Shown here in pieces: positions 56,000-64,000 of a DNA stretch of 64,000 nucleotides. The stretch covers positions 122,264,001 through 122,328,000 of the forward strand of contig OX597816.1 of NCBI GenBank assembly GCA_951406725.2, written 5' to 3'. Each line of letters begins with the position of its first letter. Within the stretch, counting starts at the first letter, position 1. Origin of the DNA: Octopus vulgaris (taxonomy: Eukaryota). The translations under genes and the position numbers were made by a program. A model generated the notes under the pieces. That model ran no database searches. It was not told where the DNA came from and worked only from the letters and a program-made list of their open reading frames with translations.

Positions 56000-57600
56000 T
56001 GAAGGTGGGATAAACTGCCACAGTCTTCATACTTATTATTGCTCGAACTATGTTCAGTATCAAAGAAACTTTGACCAATATTTCTCTTCATCTCAGTCGT
56101 AAAATCAGTTTATATCAGAACGAGGATCGAAGGCAACTCTCTTCACATATTTCTACCGCAAAGTGTCTGTGTCTACAAAAGGTCTACACCTATCACTTGA
56201 AGTCATTTAAGTATTCCGGCATCGTTAATAGTAGACTCATTATCCTTAGCAGCAAAGATATTTCAGTGATATATCTAAGACTTCAAAGAGAGTGACAGAT
56301 ATAATTTTCTTAGGTATATTCCACCACAAATTTCCAATAACCGAAATCCATAATCTCACTCTCCCAAGTGGTCTGCTATGTAGCTTGCAGCTGTATAAAA
56401 GAGGAATGTTTCTTGCAACAGCTGATGGAAATTATCCACCATAATCAGCTAAGAAGAGTTTGAAGCTCATGCCAAATTACTGAAATACAACCATTCAGAA
56501 ATCTAATAACACTATCGGGAATTGCAGTTCTTTTACAAACTTTTGCTTTTCAACTGTAGTTTGATCTATTCTTTGACTTCAAATAAGATCGTTTTGTAAG
56601 AAACACTTCTGTGGGTAGTGCCACTTTTTGATGGTTTAGAAGGGGAAATCCACTCCTTTAAAGTTACAAGCATTGCGATAGTTCTCCAAAATCTAGTCCA
56701 TATCTATATTCATATATGTTGTTGCTGCTGTTTAATCCTAGGTCATCTCTCATCGAGCCTATGATAAAAGCTATTCTAGCCGTAAATATTCTAGCGACAT
56801 ATTTACGGTTAGAATAGCTTTTACCATAGATGTAGGAACTTACGGCCTTATTCTCCAACCCATTCTTTTCTGATACGGTAGGGTATAACAAGGGAGATTT
56901 GGCTTTTGTTGCTGGCAATCGAGCATCAACATAGAATTTCCGTTGTTGGCTCATCTGTAGGTATATAAATGCTGATGGTGGTCATTGAGGAAGGGAACAA
57001 GTTAAATTCAGTCCGAATATGGCATCTACTGTTCCTGTCTACATAGTATTGGGGATATGCTTTCTTGCATAATGTTTTGGGACTGGAGGAGACTGGGCTG
57101 CATCTATTTTGCTATAAGTCTCCTTTATATTTGTTTGGATTGAGTGGAAGAAATAGTGTCCGTCTGGTTGCAAGGAGTTCGAATTAAGAAACTCTGCCTC
57201 TTGCATGACCAGATGGTCATTCATTTTCAGCATTTTTGTTCATTATGGAAATGGTGTGTCAGTGTTGTCTATTTGCTGCATGCAACAATGCGATTATTTG
57301 ATTGTGATCACTTATTCAGTTGAGTGCCTAATATTATCTAGCACACTCCATGGTGAAACGTCGAATGTATATCTTATATACAAATGTTATTGTCCTTGAG
57401 CTAACCGAATGTAGTAGCCGTAAGTGTATTTCTGTTTCGTTTTGTTTTTGCTTCCAGTGGTTTACACGTATGCTGTGAATTATATTGAGTATACAGTTGT
57501 TACTCGCTTCCTTATTATGTTCAAGAGGTATATTAATATCACCGTTTCCAGTATTATTGTTTAGGAAAAAGACAATGGATTTAACTGATGCAATTATAAG
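56000..57600 (-). mobile_element. Possible decayed I-group LINE (ORF1 and endonuclease remnants)
   Basis: ARKHIPNTM near 57050 resembles the V.PYIPNP gag motif, and a WHELQTLL..LQET-like stretch lies near 56410-56490; interrupted by the repeat at 56730-56953. Confidence 0.35.
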
Positions 57601-58040
57601 TGTATTGTTTTTCATCCTGCTTTCTAAGCGTCTCCTAGAGAACTGGAATAATTGCGCAGATATGCATGTAGATTGACGGCAGGGTATGAATTTGGTGAAA
57701 TCTGCTTATTAAAAAATGCACATTATTTGTGACAGAATGAGGAGGTCGTATAAGTATAAATGCTAATATGAGTGCATGATAGGTTGACTCCTTACCTGTA
57801 TTTCTTTTAGAAACAAAAATAAAAACACGTAAGAATTTCTGGCGTATGATACGCTAGCTTCTTTATCTGGGATGTAATTGCGCATTCGACGGTTTTTGTT
57901 ATTTCTTATTAAGGAGGGGTTGTGTAGTTTGTGCAAGTTGTAGTAATGATGTTAGGATCGAAGTTTTTTCAAACACCAATCGTAACTAAACTGGTACATA
58001 TACATGAGTCATTATTACAGACCGTTCTTGATCTCGCAAA

Positions 58041-58107
<67 letters not shown>

Positions 58108-58116
58108 TATAAATAA

Positions 58117-58173
<57 letters not shown>

Positions 58174-58197
58174 TATAAATATATATATAAATAAATA

Positions 58198-58228
<31 letters not shown>

Positions 58229-58422
58229 ATATATATATATATATATATATAAATATATATATCTCTCTCTCTCTCTATATATATATATATACATATACAT
58301 ATGTATATGTATATACATATATATATATACATATATATACATATACATATGTATATGTATATATATTACCTGAAAAGTATAGTATTAAATATCTATCTGT
58401 CTCCCTCTCTCTCTCTCTCTCT

Positions 58423-58490
<68 letters not shown>

Positions 58491-60144
58491 TGCTAAAAAC
58501 AATAATTATACTTTAAAAGTTCATTTTGATCGAATGTTTCAAAATAAAAACGTGCATAAACTACAACAATATCCTTATAGCATGCACAGCAGACCAACAG
58601 TAGAACCTATTGAAAACGGTAATGCTATAGGCATAAGGTTTGAAATATTTCCCAATGGTACTTTTTTGTAATTCTTTGAAGGGATGAAAGTCTCGATAAA
58701 GGTACAGTAAATACAAGTAGAATATTTTATAGGATAGATTACTGGCATTTGATGTTTAAAACAGACAGTAAACTAACAAAAATCTGGAGGCAATTATTGA
58801 TTGTAGTTGTAAGTACTTGACAACTTCTTTATTACACAAATTACCGATCTTAAAGACGAAGGTTTTACTGACACAGTCGTGTTGTTTACTTAAATATCTA
58901 CGTAACAGGCATAAATAACTATTGTTTAAAACCTCTTGTTACAAATTATTCGTTCGAATCTACATTTTAGAACTTCATTACAACGTCCGGGATCGTATTT
59001 TCTCTATAATTAATTTTAATGTCAGTGCTATTTTTCTTGATGTTAAGGTATGAAGATTTATTTCTTTTAGATAAGATCGATTGAAAGACTGACAAAGGCG
59101 TATTTATTAACGAAATTTTCTTGATGTTACCATTCAGTGCTATTTTCAAACAGAAGCCAATCAGAGTTAGAAAACTAATTGTGCTGGTTGTTCGACTAAA
59201 TGTAGAAATACAGTTTGTCAACACGTATAGAAGATATTGTATTCATATCTATGAGAAAGATTTCGCATGAGAATATCTTCTACGTATCTGACCAAAGACC
59301 TTCCAATCGCACATACAAAGTACCTAGCAATCTAGCATGGTGCTAAAAACAGTAATTATACTTTAGGTATCAGAATTCCTGATGAACTCGTGATAATCTG
59401 TAATCTTTCAATTTTTACATACGCCTAAGCAAACGGGAATAAGTATCATATATTGATAGTCACCAAATATCTACCAAAGACCGAGACTCCTGATAAGATG
59501 AATGTGCCCAACACCCAGAAAACATTGAGTAATGAAGAGCTGAGCCAAAGTGGTTTTCAATACATGTAACTCCAATCAAAATGCGTTGAGTGCTATTTAC
59601 GTTTTTTCACTCATTTCTGTACATATGTATGTAAGTAAGTATGTACTATGTATGTATGTGTTTTTCTCCTTTTAATTAAAAATATATTTTGATTGGCTAC
59701 CTGCATGGTCGCAATTTTTTTAAAGAAAGCATCTTGTTTTGTTCATGAACATTGAAATCTTATGAAAGTCTTGCAATCATTTGTAGTGTATGAATTTAGG
59801 ATTTGCCCTCTCTCCAAGATCCCAAGTTCAGCCATATTTTGCTCGAAACAGATTGGTATGCTTCCTGTTGCTCCAATAATAACTATGAAGCGGAAAACCT
59901 GAAACTGTATCTTGTGTACTGGATTTGCAAACTCCTTATCAATGGTCCACCGATCTAATTCTCTTGTACATTTCTAACTGCATTGTGTATGTATATTAGT
60001 AAATATATAAGATTAAAGACCAAAGAGCGCGGAGAAAATTTTAACAATATAGTTCCCTAGACTGTAAAGACAGGTACGTACGCCGTTCATATACTTGCAA
60101 ACACACACACAATTTATGTTTTACATATACGTACGTACATACAT

Positions 60145-60887
<743 letters not shown>

Positions 60888-60911
60888 TATATATATATAT
60901 ATATATATATG

Positions 60912-61110
60912 CTCCAGGTTGTAAAAATGAGTTGTATGAGTAATTCAGAAGAACAGCTTCGTTACATTTTGTGTCAAGCTGAATTTCTTTGAGAACTACG
61001 TTTAGGGTACGCGTGCTTGTGCACTGTTCAACCACTTGTACATTAATTTCAAGTGCAGGCTGTTCGGTTGAACTGGAACACTAGTCGTTGTCATCGATGG
61101 AGAGCCAGAC
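60912..61110 (+). mobile_element. 5'-truncated SINE family 2 copy
   Basis: aaaaatgagttgta..gagaactacgtttagggtac..actggaacactagtcgttgtcatcgatggagagcca. Confidence 0.75.
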
Positions 61111-61111
61111 C

Positions 61112-61170
<59 letters not shown>

Positions 61171-61319
61171 CTCTTTACTGAAAGAGACTGCAAAAGGTCA
61201 GTTGTACATAAGACTACATCAAAAATCCTCTCAGTCACGGTTTAGGAAATTCAGTATGCTTAGAATCCTGCTGCACTATTTCATTTCTCCGTTTTCTTTC
61301 AACACATGACCAACCCAAT

Positions 61320-61990
61320 GAAAGGAACCTATTCTCGACTCGGATTAAAGTGAATAATCGTAAAACTGAAGTTCTCCAATGAGCCTTCCCGTATACATTT
61401 TCTCATCAGCCAATCCTTATTGATGTTGCTCCTCTACAGCAGGCGGAATCATTCTGCTATCTTGGAAGCATGATCGCTAAATCTGGACTCATTGACAATA
61501 AGATAATCCGTCTGATCCACTTGGTCTCTGCATCTTTCGTGAAACCCAGCAAACGAGTGTTTCATAACAAGAACATTTGAGCCAATATAAAACCCTCCGT
61601 TTATTGAATTGTATGTGTATCTACTCTCCCGCACTGATCTGAGTGCTGGACCCAAACAGATCATTGCAAAGAATACTCGGTCTCACATGGTTGAACCAGG
61701 TACCTCATGCCGAAATCCTCATGAAGTCTGACCTGGAATCTACAGCGTTGGGGCCTGCATCATTCGCCGTCTACTCCTCTGAATCACATTCAACTGCTGG
61801 GTAACCGGCTCCCGAAGACAACCCTCTTTAGCGAGTTCAAGACTGGAAGTAGGCTTATGGACGTCCAAGACTTCATTTTTATGATCATCTCAAGAAATCT
61901 CTTATTGTATGCGGCCTTGTCAACCCCATCTGAAACAATGTACTGAAAGCGGCGGAGGATGAATGTCTTGGATTAACGCTGTCATCACCT
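61320..61990 (+). mobile_element. RTE LINE 3' fragment
   Basis: YSRLGLKVNNRKTEVL..CYLGSMI..KRVFHNKNI..QRILGLTWLNQVPHAEIL..NRLPKTTLFSEFKTGSR..GRPRLHFYDHLKKSL. Confidence 0.85.
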
Positions 61991-62049
61991 TTGATGGGTT
62001 GTCGAAAACAAAGTAAGCCAGTAAGGGGAAAATCAGTTACGTATTCAAT

Positions 62050-63480
62050 ATTTCAAAATATTTGCCTGTTGTGAGACAGAAGACAATATTTCAGCAATCG
62101 CATAATGGCTTATTTTTCTGCTAGTTTGGTTCTAATATGTTTGCTCTAAGATTTTAAACCTATCTGACAATGTAATCTTGCTCCTGTAGTTCTCATCAAT
62201 ATTGTTTTTATAAGAGAGCTGGTGAAGTTTGTGACCGTTCAGGGGCTATTTTGCAACGTAAGTTTTTCCACATAAATTCGTATGGTTACATGTCATATAG
62301 CAGTGCTTTATTAATTCTTATCAGGGTGTTTGTTTAGTGTTAGCGGTGATATTTGTGTTGATAAAAATAGTAGTTTTTTACGACACTTTTTCATCGATAG
62401 ATATTCTTGCTGCTATTTTTGAGAATGCTTGATGATATGAAAATAGTAGTTTCATCGCGTGGATGCAGGATTAGGAGCAATGTGATTTCGAATTTAGTTT
62501 AATTGTAACTTCAATGAATTTTACTGCTGTGACTGTCATCTAAGTTGCTGAATGTTAATATAATACATTTCCGGAAGACGTAAGCTGCACCTCCGCTTCC
62601 TCTATTCGAAATTATAAATCTGTCATCTATGTTGAGGTCCACGTTAATACCGTCAAAAGTGCTTCCAATTCCGTTGACAAGGACTAACCTTTGTAGTTCA
62701 GAATTGTTAACCCCATTAAGTCTTTTCGTGGAAGCATCAACCCACACGCTCCATCTTTCTATATCCAGAAATTTTCTTTATGTGCACGATTAATCTGAAG
62801 GTGCCTCTGAGTCATCTTCCTGTATGTTTTGACAAGTTCAATGAATTTTATAAGACACTGGCAAAAGTATATAACATTATGTAAATTTCGATACTATTGA
62901 AGCATTTCATAATCGCAGTAATTTTATTCTGCCGATTCAAACGTGTAGATTGCTTTACGTCAGTATTTACGCTATGTAAGATAGTATTTATTAACTATAG
63001 CTAAAACGCTGGTGGAATGAGTTAGCATTTAAAAAGAATGGAATTCTTTACATTATATTTTGTGGTTCTATATTGCGATTCTGCATTGATTGGAGCTCTT
63101 AGTTTTCGTTTTGCAGGAATTTCTAATACTGTTGTGTACAAAGATGTCTTAAGAGTGTTTTTGCTCTCCTCGTATAAATGTCTTGTTTTGTCTGCAAATA
63201 TTAATGTGTGTTTAGAAGTTTTATTGTTTGCAAGTTAGAGTTTAGCTTCTCTGGGAAGACATTATTACTTTTACTTTTTTATTACTATAGTGTAACTTTT
63301 ATTGAAGAAAGTTTTTTTTAAAGCTACTGACACTTTTTCTCGTTCTTCATTGAAGTATGTGACCATTGCATGTGAATTTACCATAATTCTTTTTTCTTAA
63401 CTATATTTCAGCTCCAAGTTTTGTTTTGAATAATTCAGTTCAACTACTTTCAGTGTTTATATTCCATATTTATCCAATGA
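62050..63480 (-). mobile_element. Possible decayed RNase H-bearing (I-group) LINE 3' region
   Basis: LNIDDRFIISNRGSGGAAYVF near 62570-62640 resembles the IYTDGS..GSGGAA RNase H start; strand-biased composition. Confidence 0.3.
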
Positions 63481-63603
63481 GTAGGCCACCTACTTCATTC
63501 TACAATTTGAAACCAATCAGTAGACCTCTATAGGAGAAACCATTAATACACAGAGGCATACAGATTTATATTTATAATGATTTTTTAAAATATAAATAGT
63601 TTA

Positions 63604-63810
63604 AGGCGGTGAGCTGGCGAAATCGTAGGCACGCCTGGTAAAATGCATAGTGGCATTTCGCCCGTCCTTATGCTCTGAGGTTGACTTTGCTTTTCATCCC
63701 TTTTAGGGTCGCAAAATTAAATACAAGTAGAGCGCTGGAGTCGACATAATCGGCTAACCCCACTCACTCAAAGTTGCTGGTCTTGTGCCCAAATCTGAAC
63801 CCAATATATG
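63604..63810 (+). mobile_element. SINE family 3 copy
   Basis: aggcggtgagctggcgaaatcgtaggcacgcc..gactttgcttttcatcccttttagggtcg. Confidence 0.8.
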
Positions 63811-64000
63811 AATAGTTTATATAAGCCCAATATTAATTAGGTGATTGGAGTTGCAAGTCATTGTGATATTTTGACGAGAACTGCTACAATTCGATTTCAT
63901 GGTTATTTATATTATATGGAATGGATGTGGTCCCTTGCAAGCTTCTGCCCACTGGTTTGCGCTTAATGTTCGTTAATTGGTTATTATTTTTTTGCCTACT

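Noticed and set aside
59374-59450. attcCTGATGA motif
   Set aside because: No properly placed GAAA or helices.

Overview
Eukaryotic, AT-rich, microsatellite-dense non-coding DNA (intron or intergenic). The SINE repertoire and simple-repeat load look like an Octopus genome (inference from recalled repeat sequences, not a search). I found no intact host protein-coding gene, and almost all listed ORFs are microsatellite or transposon artefacts. The window holds mostly decayed mobile DNA: three tRNA-derived SINE families, RTE, CR1/L2-like and I-like LINE fragments, two DD37D (maT) and two mariner relics, a Tigger/pogo relic, two Helitrons, a Helentron-type HINE and several Penelope-like (PLE) remnants. 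The most interesting signal is RNA-level: about eight hammerhead-ribozyme (HHR) motifs or relics. One (40652-40748) has an intact catalytic core and sits in a 490-nt non-coding unit with a terminal direct repeat and an inverted arm, resembling a retrozyme or non-autonomous PLE. Also notable are a Helitron carrying a minisatellite rich in kappaB/STAT/HSE-like motifs, a Helitron carrying a LINE ORF1-like fragment, and a pre-miRNA-like hairpin.
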